In this document: positions 38,100 through 47,543 of the stretch, piece by piece
Position numbering within the stretch: the first letter of the stretch is position 1
Layout of the letters: each line of letters begins with the position of its first letter
Assembly (NCBI GenBank): GCA_964453605.1
Contig: CAYVOI010000001.1
Span: 740,095 to 804,094, forward strand
Direction: 5' to 3'
From: an uncultured Gammaproteobacteria bacterium
Lineage (GTDB): Bacteria > Patescibacteriota > Patescibacteriia > Veblenbacterales > UBA10138
DNA: 64,000 nucleotides
The notes under the pieces: generated by a model
Seen by the model: only the letters and a program-made list of their open reading frames with translations
What the model was told of the DNA's origin: nothing
Database searches by the model: none
Made by a program: the position numbers and the translations under genes

Positions 38100-39917
38100 T
38101 CACGGGTGCCCCAGCCACCAGGAGCGATGGGCAACATAGTCTAAATATTCCTGGCTGGGCGCTTCAGCATCAAACCTAATAGCAAGGAGCAGCAGACCCT
38201 GTGAGGCGGGAAGCTTACCCTGCTCTAGGGGGACGGCGGCCTGCAAGTACAGGTAGTGAGCCAGGCTTGGTGCGAGTAAACGATCAACGTGCCCCAAGTC
38301 CGTGGGCTTAAAACTGGGCGGGAGCGACGCAGCATGAACGAGGGCCCCGCGTGCACTGGCCTCAGTAGCAAATACCTGGTAACTAAAGCCCCACGCTCGG
38401 CTATGCAGGTTCGGGCTCACGTTCTCAACTGGAAACGTGGTAAAGAGCGGCCGGTGGGCTCTGTCGGCGTACTGCCAAGCAAGGTCTAAAAACTCACGCC
38501 GCTGAGCTAAGAACGGCAACTTGTCATAGGCTGGGCTAAAGTGCGAAAAGTCCGCGGGCAACATCGTAGCACTAGTATCCTCCAGCAAGGTTACGTCCGG
38601 CCGCAGGTGTTCTACGAACTGCACATAGAAAAACGAAAAGAGCTCGGTATCGATCACCCAATCTGTCTGTTTCACAAGCAGTACAGCCCGGGGTGGTAGC
38701 GAGGCGAGCTGCTCGTGTGCAACGTCGTAGATGAGGTGCTGCCGGCTTAGGTCAGTGGCCGACCGATGCTCTGCCCAGAGCGCCAGCGGTACACTACAGA
38801 GCACAGTGGTAGCAAACACACCAAGCCAAAGTCGCCGCGACCTGACTTCCGGCCACTTCAAGATAACCCAATGGTACAGCCAGGCTGTTCCCATAGCAGC
38901 GTATACCACAACTATGGCATAGGCCACAATGTAGTACACCCGGTATACGTAAGCTACGTCTAGCCCCCAGCTGTAGTTTCTGAGAAACACAATGAGCACA
39001 CTCTGAGTAAACCAGGTACCTAGGAGGAGGGTCCCTACCCGCCAATCACGCCAGCTTATGAGTAGGCCTAACAGAGCCGCGAGAACGACAATCCAACCGA
39101 ACTCACTCGGCCAGCTCTGGAAAAAATCGGTCACCAACCCCAGCTTCCCACTGGCTACCGCTAGCTTGCCGAAATCTGCGTACTGAGCTCGACTCACGTG
39201 CTGCCAGAAGCTGGTCCAGGTGTGAATGTTACCCCAATTAAGTGCAGGGTGAGCGCGTGATAAGAGTGGTAGTACACCGTACACCGAACAACCCGCAAAG
39301 AAAAACAGCGCGCTCCGAAGCGTCACGTGCCAATCGCGCAGTAACCTAGGGTCGGTAAAGGCTGCAAATGCCAAGTAGACAGGCAGCAGGAGTACCATGA
39401 GCTGGTGCACCCCTGTGCCCAAACCCACTAAAACCATGACAGCATACCAGAACGAACGCTGCCCAGTCTCACCCCACTTAAGTAAGAAATAGAATGTCGT
39501 GAGTGCGAACAGGGCGTACAGGCTGTAGTGACCAGCTACCACTGACTGAGACCAAAACGTGGTTGAGAAAGCCAAGGTCAGTGCCGCCACGAGCGCCAGG
39601 GGGCGAAGCTTAGTCAGGTGACGGACAACAAGGTAGGTAAAGTAGACCGCACCCGCCCCACCTATACCCGAGAGCAGGTTCACCCGCCACGGAACTGAGC
39701 CAAACGGGAGGAATGTGGCAAGTTTCCCCAGTAACACATAGAGCGGGTAGCCAGGTGGGTGTGGCACTCCCAGAGTGGCGGCCGCGGTGATGAACTCTGA
39801 ACTATCACGCACGTAGAGGGACGGCGCCAAGGTAGCGACGTACGCAGCCAGTGGCAGCCCAAAAGCTACCACACCCCAGACATCAACCTTGGTGAACAGG
39901 GAACGCCACACGCTCAT
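38100..39917 (-). CDS. Polytopic membrane protein, DUF2723/TMEM260-like GT-C-fold putative glycosyltransferase
   Basis: N-terminal motif RDSSEFITAAATLGVPHPPGYPLY is characteristic of the DUF2723 family. More than 10 TM segments. Confidence 0.55.
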   Translation of the reverse strand: MSVWRSLFTKVDVWGVVAFGLPLAAYVATLAPSLYVRDSSEFITAAATLGVPHPPGYPLYVLLGKLATFLPFGSVPWRVNLLSGIGGAGAVYFTYLVVRHLTKLRPLALVAALTLAFSTTFWSQSVVAGHYSLYALFALTTFYFLLKWGETGQRSFWYAVMVLVGLGTGVHQLMVLLLPVYLAFAAFTDPRLLRDWHVTLRSALFFFAGCSVYGVLPLLSRAHPALNWGNIHTWTSFWQHVSRAQYADFGKLAVASGKLGLVTDFFQSWPSEFGWIVVLAALLGLLISWRDWRVGTLLLGTWFTQSVLIVFLRNYSWGLDVAYVYRVYYIVAYAIVVVYAAMGTAWLYHWVILKWPEVRSRRLWLGVFATTVLCSVPLALWAEHRSATDLSRQHLIYDVAHEQLASLPPRAVLLVKQTDWVIDTELFSFFYVQFVEHLRPDVTLLEDTSATMLPADFSHFSPAYDKLPFLAQRREFLDLAWQYADRAHRPLFTTFPVENVSPNLHSRAWGFSYQVFATEASARGALVHAASLPPSFKPTDLGHVDRLLAPSLAHYLYLQAAVPLEQGKLPASQGLLLLAIRFDAEAPSQEYLDYVAHRSWWLGHP

Positions 39918-41449
39918 GGTTTGGGGTAGTAGAGTAGCTGGTCTCCCAGCACCTCCCGTAGCTCGTAGTTAGACCTAATGGCCGCTATCATCTCATTAGT
40001 AAGCGGGGCGTTGCCGTCACGCACGTTGTAGCGACGATGGTCGATAGTGCCGCGAGCCATGCTGAGCAACACCAGCTTAAACTCACGCCGATTGAACTTA
40101 GTAACAAAGAGGCTTTGATCCCACAAGCCACGACGGACAAGGTGGGGGTAGGTACGCGAACCAAGCAACCAACTCTGCGCTCTAACAAACGGAGCGAACT
40201 GCATATCCTCTTCAAAAAAATCGGCGCTCCCCAAGTGTATTAGGCGCTCTACCACGGTAGTGTAGTCAGGCAGGCGTTGCCAGGCCGCGTCGACCACCGT
40301 GTTCAAGTTTTGTATAGCAATCCCCTGCACAATGGTAAAACTAAGGAGCGCGAACAGCACCAGCACGCTGCGGTTCTCTGTAAACCAGCGGAGCAGCGGT
40401 GCCAGTACCTGGCCCTTGAGTGAACTCCAAGCCAAGAGACCAACCATAAGGCACGCGAGCTGGAACTCAAACCAGTAGTTGGGTCCTGCCCCTGCTCGGG
40501 CATAGGCCACCAGCGACACGAGCGAACCCGCGAGGTAGAGCATAAAAAAGGCTAGCGACGAACGGGGGCTGAGCTCTACCCTACCCCTGAACCTAGCCTC
40601 GAGAAATAGCGCGGTGGGGAAGAGCAGGAACGCTGCCGGCCACGTAGCGAGCGGTGCTAGCCCCAAGCTCAGGTTACTAAAGTAGAACCGCTGACCGGTA
40701 TTCACAGTTATGAGGTGGACAAAGAACTGGCCTCCAGTCAACTGATTACACCACCAAAAAAGTGCTACCACCGGCACCACAAAAGCCAGGGCATAGGCAA
40801 GCGCGGTGCGGCGCTGACCCTGCCACCACAGGTAGAGTGTGGCGGCGAGTGGCCCCGCCAAAAATGTGGTTTTCGTGTAGAACGCCAGCACGAAGCAGGG
40901 CACCGATAGCCACAAACTAAAGCGGCTTGGCCGGGTGATGAGGAAAGCTCCCAACATGGTAAAGGCTAATCCCAAAAAATCAACGCGGTCGAGCACGGCC
41001 CACCCCATCACGTTCGACACCGACATAAAGGCGAGCGCACCAGCGAGCGCCAACGCGCGGCCAGCTGAGCGGCGCAGCACGGCATAAACCAAACCAGAAA
41101 TAGCGAGGAGCGAGACAATAGAGAGCAAGCGCCCCACGGTGTGGTCAAGCGGCAGGTGGAAAAAACCTATGATAGTGGCCGACAACAACACAAAGAGCGG
41201 CGGGTAGGGGCTGGTGAAGTAGGGCGGCTGTGCCAGTGGCGGGTAGATGGTCCTAAGCTCAGGGTGTGCTAAGAACAGCTTCACCTGGTTTAGCACAAAG
41301 TTCTCGTTGCTATCGAGCGCGTAAGGGTAGGTAACGGCGCTCCAAGCGTAGTAGAACCAGAAGATGGCAAATACGGCCACCACCACACTGAACCAAAACC
41401 ACGGTTTGGTGATGGTGCTAAATCGATACTCTGCGCGGGAGTGATCCAC
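39914..41449 (-). CDS. Polytopic membrane protein, GT-C-like putative glycosyltransferase (ArnT/PMT-like topology)
   Basis: 511 aa with 11 or more TM helices. 4-nt overlap with the upstream gene. Confidence 0.45.
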   Translation of the reverse strand: MDHSRAEYRFSTITKPWFWFSVVVAVFAIFWFYYAWSAVTYPYALDSNENFVLNQVKLFLAHPELRTIYPPLAQPPYFTSPYPPLFVLLSATIIGFFHLPLDHTVGRLLSIVSLLAISGLVYAVLRRSAGRALALAGALAFMSVSNVMGWAVLDRVDFLGLAFTMLGAFLITRPSRFSLWLSVPCFVLAFYTKTTFLAGPLAATLYLWWQGQRRTALAYALAFVVPVVALFWWCNQLTGGQFFVHLITVNTGQRFYFSNLSLGLAPLATWPAAFLLFPTALFLEARFRGRVELSPRSSLAFFMLYLAGSLVSLVAYARAGAGPNYWFEFQLACLMVGLLAWSSLKGQVLAPLLRWFTENRSVLVLFALLSFTIVQGIAIQNLNTVVDAAWQRLPDYTTVVERLIHLGSADFFEEDMQFAPFVRAQSWLLGSRTYPHLVRRGLWDQSLFVTKFNRREFKLVLLSMARGTIDHRRYNVRDGNAPLTNEMIAAIRSNYELREVLGDQLLYYPKP

Positions 41450-41558
41450 AGGACAAAAGTTAACTCACGAACGTATAAACACTACCACTCTCTAATCCGT
41501 CAAGCTCTTAAGGTAGGCAAAGATATAGTACAGTCTAACAGTAATACTAATACCAAGC

Positions 41559-41592
41559 TACCATAAAACCATCCGTCATTTGGCGGATGGTT
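41559..41592. terminator. Symmetric hairpin aaaaccatccg-N8-cggatggtttt (bidirectional terminator-like) downstream of pilA copy 1
   Basis: Read directly from the sequence. Confidence 0.5.
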
Positions 41593-41613
41593 TTACGACA
41601 ACGTAAGCCTGCT

Positions 41614-42087
41614 TTACTGAATCCCGTTCGGCGTAGCGGTGTGAGCTGTGCCGGTCGCAAGACCAGACATAGCTGCGTTCTCAGTAGTGAAAGCCAAACT
41701 ATAGCTGATACAGGTGGTGCCTGCATTGGTGCACCCCGAGGGGGTAGGCGTGTAGGCGTAGGTATCACTCTGCGGGGGAACTGGAACCTTACCCATGTAC
41801 ACCGTGCCCCCAGCACTGCCGCTCGCAGTGAAACCGGCTGCTGTATTACTGAGGGTTGCGGCAGTAGCACCGCCAAGGTTACCACTGTAGGCTGGATAGC
41901 CAGTCTGGTCACCGTAGTAAAGCTCCATGGCGGTGACGAGCTGCTTGATATCGCTGACGCGCTTGGCGTCACGGGCCTTCTGCCTCGCGTTCTGCAGGGC
42001 CACAATGGCCAGGGTCGACAGAATGCCGATGATGGCAATAACCACCAAGAGCTCGATGAGGGTAAAACCTTTGTGTTGGTTCTTCAT
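41614..42087 (-). CDS. pilA: Type IV major pilin (prepilin with G|FTLIELL class III signal), copy 1
   Basis: [34 protein letters not shown]. Strong SD AGGAGGTGA. C-terminal disulfide-bonded loop region. The ORF track's 163-aa form starts 18 nt upstream. Confidence 0.85.
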   Translation of the reverse strand: MKNQHKGFTLIELLVVIAIIGILSTLAIVALQNARQKARDAKRVSDIKQLVTAMELYYGDQTGYPAYSGNLGGATAATLSNTAAGFTASGSAGGTVYMGKVPVPPQSDTYAYTPTPSGCTNAGTTCISYSLAFTTENAAMSGLATGTAHTATPNGIQ

Positions 42088-42103
42088 GCTGTCACCTCCT
42101 TTC
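41616..42103. repeat. 488-bp tandem duplicate unit 1 (pilA CDS plus SD)
   Basis: Appears identical to 42219..42706. Every frame of the two regions translates identically in the ORF track. Confidence 0.8.
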
Positions 42104-42165
42104 AAGATAGTTTAAGTGCTTAAACTATACCATGTCCAGTGAGGGAGAACAACGCTGTACAGTAA

Positions 42166-42197
42166 TTACCAAACCACCCCGAGGTGGGGTGGTTTGG
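42166..42197. terminator. Hairpin aaaccacccc-gagg-tggggtggttt between the two pilA copies
   Basis: Read directly from the sequence. Confidence 0.5.
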
Positions 42198-42216
42198 ATA
42201 AAATGCACTGAAGTAC

Positions 42217-42690
42217 CTACTGAATCCCGTTCGGCGTAGCGGTGTGAGCTGTGCCGGTCGCAAGACCAGACATAGCTGCGTTCTCAGTAGTGAAAGCCAA
42301 ACTATAGCTGATACAGGTGGTGCCTGCATTGGTGCACCCCGAGGGGGTAGGCGTGTAGGCGTAGGTATCACTCTGCGGGGGAACTGGAACCTTACCCATG
42401 TACACCGTGCCCCCAGCACTGCCGCTCGCAGTGAAACCGGCTGCTGTATTACTGAGGGTTGCGGCAGTAGCACCGCCAAGGTTACCACTGTAGGCTGGAT
42501 AGCCAGTCTGGTCACCGTAGTAAAGCTCCATGGCGGTGACGAGCTGCTTGATATCGCTGACGCGCTTGGCGTCACGGGCCTTCTGCCTCGCGTTCTGCAG
42601 GGCCACAATGGCCAGGGTCGACAGAATGCCGATGATGGCAATAACCACCAAGAGCTCGATGAGGGTAAAACCTTTGTGTTGGTTCTTCAT
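42217..42690 (-). CDS. pilA: Type IV major pilin, copy 2 (amino-acid sequence identical to copy 1)
   Basis: Same as copy 1. Confidence 0.85.
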   Translation of the reverse strand: MKNQHKGFTLIELLVVIAIIGILSTLAIVALQNARQKARDAKRVSDIKQLVTAMELYYGDQTGYPAYSGNLGGATAATLSNTAAGFTASGSAGGTVYMGKVPVPPQSDTYAYTPTPSGCTNAGTTCISYSLAFTTENAAMSGLATGTAHTATPNGIQ

Positions 42691-42706
42691 GCTGTCACCT
42701 CCTTTC
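42219..42706. repeat. 488-bp tandem duplicate unit 2
   Basis: See unit 1. Confidence 0.8.
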
Positions 42707-43045
42707 GCGTAAAACTGGTTGACTTAAATTGACTTTACTAGTATAGCACATTTTACACTGGAGCGCTAGAGCACTAAAGTACTAGAGCACTACGGCACTA
42801 GAACACTGAGCGGGTGGACCATAACCCTACTTGGCGTAGACGCGCAGTGCATCCAAAGCCTTCCAGAGCATGGCACCGATTTCTTCAGTTAGAGCGGTCA
42901 ACTTTGCAGCTGCTTGTGCTGAGCAGTACTGTTCCTGAGCTGAAAAATCAAGTTGGTCCATTTTACCCCTAAGCTGTTCCCGAAAATCCCGACCCATAGT
43001 GGTCTAGTGATCAGGTGCTCTAGTGCTAAAGTGACCAAGTGTAGC

Positions 43046-44254
43046 TTAGGCTGCGCCTGACAGTCGGTACATGGGGAGCAGGATAGACGACACAATAAAC
43101 CCAACCGCCACGCCCATGACAAGCATGATAGCCGGCTCCAGTAGGGTCACCAAGTTGGTCACCAGGTTGTTAACCTCGTGGGTGTAGAAGGCACTGAGGC
43201 GTTTGAAAATTTCTTCCAAGCGACCGGTTTTCTCGCCCACGATCATCATCTGCGGCAGCATGGGCGGCACCGCACTGCTCTGGGCAAAAATGGTGGCAAT
43301 AGAGTTACCATCTTCCACCTCTTTGATAGTCCGCTCGATGATATCCTTATACACGGCACTGCCCACCACGTTAGCCACAATGCTCAGAGACCTGGTGAGC
43401 GGCACGCCGCCGACCACCAGCGTGTACATAGACTGGGTGAACCTGACCAGGTAGATGTGGCGGTAGATGGTGCCAACAATGGGAATTTTAAGCTGCAGCG
43501 TGTGCCACACGTGCTTGCCCCTGGGGGTTTTCACAAACAGGCGCGTGAGCACCGCCACGGCCGCAATAATAATGAGGAGCAGCCACCAGTAGCTGGCCAT
43601 GAAGTGGCTCACGGCTATGAGCAGCTTGGTCGAAAACGGCAGCTCGGTCCCGGCTTCAACTAAAACCTGGGTCAGCTTAGGTACCACGTACACCATCATG
43701 ACCGAGCCCACCACAACCAAACCGGAAAGAATGAAAGCGGGGTAGATCATGGCGCCCTTGATGCGCGAGGTGAGGTCGTAGTTCTTCTCCGCTTCGTCGG
43801 CCAGGTAGTTCAGAATTTCGTCAATCTTCCCCGAGCTCTCGCCAGAGTTCACCATGTTGATGTAGAAGTCGGAGAATACCTCGGGGTACTTCCCCAGCGC
43901 GGCCGACAGCTTGGCCCCGCCCTCCACTTCGTCCGCCACCTCGGACACTACTACCTTGAGCTTAGGATTTACGGTCTGCTTCTCCATGATGCGGAGAGCC
44001 TGCACAATCGGCACGGTGGCTGAGGCCATCACGGCGAGCTGGCGGGAGAAGATAACCAGGTCGCGGGTCTTGATGCGAGCGATTGGGCTGGCAGCCAAAA
44101 ACTGGAACCGGCTCACCCGCCGCTCTTCTACCATGAGCGGCGTTAGGCTGCGGTCGGTCAGAATTTCTACGGCTACCTCACGTGAGGGCGCCTCCACCAT
44201 GCCGCGGATAGACTTACCCTCGAGGTCTTTGGCTTGGTACGCAAACAGTGCCAT
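43046..44254 (-). CDS. pilC: Type IV pilus assembly platform protein PilC (GspF family)
   Basis: 402 aa with two GspF-like repeats, three TM helices and a typical N-terminus (MALFAYQAKDLEGK). Confidence 0.9.
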   Translation of the reverse strand: MALFAYQAKDLEGKSIRGMVEAPSREVAVEILTDRSLTPLMVEERRVSRFQFLAASPIARIKTRDLVIFSRQLAVMASATVPIVQALRIMEKQTVNPKLKVVVSEVADEVEGGAKLSAALGKYPEVFSDFYINMVNSGESSGKIDEILNYLADEAEKNYDLTSRIKGAMIYPAFILSGLVVVGSVMMVYVVPKLTQVLVEAGTELPFSTKLLIAVSHFMASYWWLLLIIIAAVAVLTRLFVKTPRGKHVWHTLQLKIPIVGTIYRHIYLVRFTQSMYTLVVGGVPLTRSLSIVANVVGSAVYKDIIERTIKEVEDGNSIATIFAQSSAVPPMLPQMMIVGEKTGRLEEIFKRLSAFYTHEVNNLVTNLVTLLEPAIMLVMGVAVGFIVSSILLPMYRLSGAA

Positions 44255-44260
44255 AGGGAA

Positions 44261-45337
44261 CTACTTAGACTTGAGCAGCGACTCTAAGGTCTCGCGGTGC
44301 ACAGCCTGGGCCAGCGCCTCTTCGCGCATCACGTCGCCGCGCTGCACCAGCGTGGCCATGGCTCGTTCCAGCGCTACCATGCCCTCCTCGCGAGAGGTTT
44401 CGAGTATGCTCTGAATTTGGTGCACCCTGCCCTCATGGAGCAACGACTTCACCGGCTGGGTGGCGAGCAAGAGTTCAGTGGCGAGCAGGCGCCCGCCGCC
44501 GAGGCGCGGCAGGAGACGCTGCGAGGTGACACCGAGGAGAGTTTCGGCCAGCAGGAGCTGCATGGTCTGCGGTTCCAACCCTGGCCAGGGTGAGGTTAGG
44601 TACTCGAGCGCGCGGACCGTTGCATCAGCCTCTAGCACCACCAGCACCAGGGTACCAGCGGCCGCCAGCTTCAAGAGGTCGGGCCACACCGACAGCGGCA
44701 GCGGCACGTCTACCGCCACCACATCAACATCTTCGTGCCTCAGGTCGGCAATGGCTTCGGCCGCCGTGGCGACGTCGTCCCCCACCGCGCGCTGCTCAAC
44801 GAGCGCCCGGTCACTCTGGAGCACGTACTCCACCGGACTCTCGAGGGTAACAATGTGCCTGGCCGCGGTGTGGTTCACCTGGTCTAAGAGCGAGGCCAGG
44901 GTAGTAGTACGCCCAGAGCCCAACGGCCCGGTGATGAGCACCAGCCCCTCACGCGCCGCCGCGAGCTCTACTAAACGTTTGGGTAAGCCCAAGGTGGTGG
45001 CCGGCGGCACCTGCAGCGGAATGTAGCGGAGGTCAAAGGCAGGGTATCCCTTCTGGTAGCTTACGTGCACCCGAAAACGCGCGCGCGTACCCAGGGCGTA
45101 GCCTACGGCAACGTGCTTCTGGGCCGCAAAAACTGCCTGGGCTGGTTCGCTCAAGAACAGGTGGGTGAGCTCCTGCAAAAACTCCACGCTCACCACCGGC
45201 TCGTCCTTCATGGCTTCCAGGCGGCCGTCGCGCCTGAGCATGGGTTGGTTCCCGGCAGTGAGGTGCACGTCAGAGGCCTGGCGCTCGATGACGCTGGTGA
45301 GTATGCGGCTCAAGGCTGCGGTATCGGCAGCAGACAT
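44261..45337 (-). CDS. PilT-like protein with degenerate ATPase motifs (probable pseudo-ATPase)
   Basis: Walker A GPLGSGRTTT (K to R). Asp box IVTLESPVEY (D to S). Walker B region DVDVVAVDV lacks the catalytic Glu. The His box is absent. Confidence 0.7.
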   Translation of the reverse strand: MSAADTAALSRILTSVIERQASDVHLTAGNQPMLRRDGRLEAMKDEPVVSVEFLQELTHLFLSEPAQAVFAAQKHVAVGYALGTRARFRVHVSYQKGYPAFDLRYIPLQVPPATTLGLPKRLVELAAAREGLVLITGPLGSGRTTTLASLLDQVNHTAARHIVTLESPVEYVLQSDRALVEQRAVGDDVATAAEAIADLRHEDVDVVAVDVPLPLSVWPDLLKLAAAGTLVLVVLEADATVRALEYLTSPWPGLEPQTMQLLLAETLLGVTSQRLLPRLGGGRLLATELLLATQPVKSLLHEGRVHQIQSILETSREEGMVALERAMATLVQRGDVMREEALAQAVHRETLESLLKSK

Positions 45338-45346
45338 AGGCGCTCG

Positions 45347-47092
45347 CTAGTCCCGGGCCACCGCAATAACCTCTTCGAGGGAAGTAACACCGAAGAGGGC
45401 CTTGAAGTAGCCGTCTTGAATCAAACTGGTGCCACCCTGCCGCACGAACTCGGCCTTGAGGTCGTAGGGCTTGGCGCCCTCCACGATAATGCGCTGGAGC
45501 TCAGGCGTGTTGATGAGCACTTCGGAAATGGCCACCCGGCCACGGTAGCCGGAGTTCTCACACTGGTTACAGCCCTGAGCCTGGTAGAGCGTCCACGGCT
45601 CAGCTGGTATCTCCGCCCTCGTCTCTGCCCCCAAGGTCTCAAACTGCTGTTTGATCTGAGCTCCCACCTCAGGCGGCGGCGAGACGGCCCGCTTGCAGTT
45701 CTCGCAGAGCTTCCGCACCAAGCGCTGAGCAATAATGACGTTGATGGTCGAGGCCAAGAGGAACGGCTCCATGTGCATGTCGATGAGCCGGAGGATAGCC
45801 GAGGGCGCGTCGTTGGTGTGGAGCGTAGAGAGCAGCACGTGGCCAGTGAGGGAGGCGTGGATAGCCAGCTCCGCCGTTTCCGAGTCACGAATTTCACCGA
45901 CCATGATAATGTCCGGGTCTTGCCGCAGAATGGACCTGAGACCGCTGGCAAACGTGAAACCAACCTCAGGGTTAATTTGGCTCTGGTTCACCCCCGAGAG
46001 GAAGTACTCCACTGGGTCCTCGAGGGTGATGATGTTCACGTCCTCATGGTTTAGAATGTTGAGCACAGCGTAGAGTGTGGTTGATTTTCCGCTCCCGGTG
46101 GGGCCCGTGACCAAGAACATGCCGTGCGGTTTGGTGATGGCGTCGTTCAGAACCTTAAGCTTCTGTCCGGAGAACCCTAAACCTTCAAAGGTCCTGACCC
46201 CGGTGGTTGGGTCGAGGATGCGCATGACCACCTTCTCGTTGGACACCAGGGGCAACGTCGACACGCGGAAGTCGATAACCTTGTCTACAACTTTGAGGCG
46301 GATGCGGCCGTCTTGGGGTAACCTGGTCTCATCAATTTTCAAATTGGCGAGCACCTTCACGCGAGAAATGACGGCGGAGTGAATGTACTTCGGGAGGGTG
46401 AGCGAGGTGTGGAGTACACCGTCGACGCGGAACCGTACCCGCGTATCGGCCTCGCCGGGCTCAATGTGCACGTCAGAAGCACCCCCCTCCACGGCGTGGC
46501 GGAGGATGACCGAAACCATTTTGGCGACCGGGGCCGACTTCAGTACCTGGTCAAAGTTCACCTCCTCGTCCTTGTCTGAAGCATCCCTAAAGACGTCCTG
46601 CTCCTTACCCTCTGTCATCTTCAGTGCCTCACCCACTTCACTGGTCAGGGTACTGTACTGGCGCAAGGTCTGGAGCAGGCCTTCACTGGTCGTAATAGCG
46701 TAGCGAGGCTTCCAGCCGTTCTGCCGCGCCAACAGCTCTATCGCTTCCATGGCCTTAAAGTTCTCGGGGTGCACCAGCGCCAACCAGACCTCAGTCCCCT
46801 GCCGCTTGAACGGCACAATCTGGTAGTACTGAGCGGTCTCGAGCGGCACCAGCTGTAAGACCTCTTTGTCAATGGTTTGGGCATTGAGTGCCACCGCCGG
46901 AAAATTGAAGAACTGGCTCTTGGCCTTAAGTAGGGCCTCGGGGGGCAGTACCGCCCGCTGAATAATGAGCTCCTCTAAGCTGCGTTGCTCAACCTGCACC
47001 TGCTTGCGGAGCTCTTCAAGCTGAGCAGCTCTGAGCAGCCCCTGCTTAACCAGGAAATCGCCGAAGTCTTTTTGTGAGAGTGGAGTGGCCAT
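45347..47092 (-). CDS. pilB: Type IV pilus assembly ATPase PilB (GspE family)
   Basis: N-terminal GSPII_E_N-like domain. Walker A GPTGSGKSTT, Asp box, Walker B DPDIIMVGEIRD, His box TGHVLLSTLHT, tetracysteine motif. Confidence 0.9.
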   Translation of the reverse strand: MATPLSQKDFGDFLVKQGLLRAAQLEELRKQVQVEQRSLEELIIQRAVLPPEALLKAKSQFFNFPAVALNAQTIDKEVLQLVPLETAQYYQIVPFKRQGTEVWLALVHPENFKAMEAIELLARQNGWKPRYAITTSEGLLQTLRQYSTLTSEVGEALKMTEGKEQDVFRDASDKDEEVNFDQVLKSAPVAKMVSVILRHAVEGGASDVHIEPGEADTRVRFRVDGVLHTSLTLPKYIHSAVISRVKVLANLKIDETRLPQDGRIRLKVVDKVIDFRVSTLPLVSNEKVVMRILDPTTGVRTFEGLGFSGQKLKVLNDAITKPHGMFLVTGPTGSGKSTTLYAVLNILNHEDVNIITLEDPVEYFLSGVNQSQINPEVGFTFASGLRSILRQDPDIIMVGEIRDSETAELAIHASLTGHVLLSTLHTNDAPSAILRLIDMHMEPFLLASTINVIIAQRLVRKLCENCKRAVSPPPEVGAQIKQQFETLGAETRAEIPAEPWTLYQAQGCNQCENSGYRGRVAISEVLINTPELQRIIVEGAKPYDLKAEFVRQGGTSLIQDGYFKALFGVTSLEEVIAVARD

Positions 47093-47104
47093 AGGCTACA
47101 AAGG

Positions 47105-47542
47105 TTAAGGGCTCTTACAGCTCGCTAGGCTGACGGGGAGTTGGCTGGTACGAAAGCTCTGGGTAGCAGTTTGGACGAGGTAGGTGTCGGGTGTAGTGGC
47201 AAGTTTCGCCCAGGCGCACCACTCGTCGTACAGGCTGCTCAGGTACACCGGGTAGGGCTGGTGGGTGTCCGGATCAGTCAGCATGGCGGGCAGGAGGCTG
47301 GCCTGGAGCAGCTCGGTCAGGGTGCCGTAGCGGTGGTAGCGGTTGAAGTAGAACTCTTGGGCTCGAGCCAGCGAGGTAAGGTGCTCTGTCCTCAGGGTAT
47401 CGTCGGCGCGTAGCTGCTGGTGCCTAAGGTACAAGTTAACGACCAGGGCGCCGAGCACCACTACTACCATGAGCACCACCACCGTCAGCAGAGCTACCCC
47501 CGACTGTCCTGCCTCCCGCCGCTGGTTGTTCACCACCGCCAC
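47105..47542 (-). CDS. Hypothetical single-TM protein in the pilus locus
   Basis: ORF with one TM helix, between pilB and pilO-like genes. Confidence 0.4.
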   Translation of the reverse strand: MAVVNNQRREAGQSGVALLTVVVLMVVVVLGALVVNLYLRHQQLRADDTLRTEHLTSLARAQEFYFNRYHRYGTLTELLQASLLPAMLTDPDTHQPYPVYLSSLYDEWCAWAKLATTPDTYLVQTATQSFRTSQLPVSLASCKSP

Positions 47543-47543
47543 C

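Noticed and set aside
41547-42732. ORF-track entries 41547-42038(-), 42120-42641(-), 41587-42123(+), 42244-42732(+), 41927-42115(+), 42530-42712(+)
   Set aside because: These are alternative-frame or antisense ORFs overlapping the two pilA copies. The pilin frame has the class III signal peptide and the SD. The others are GC-driven open frames, duplicated only because the DNA is duplicated.
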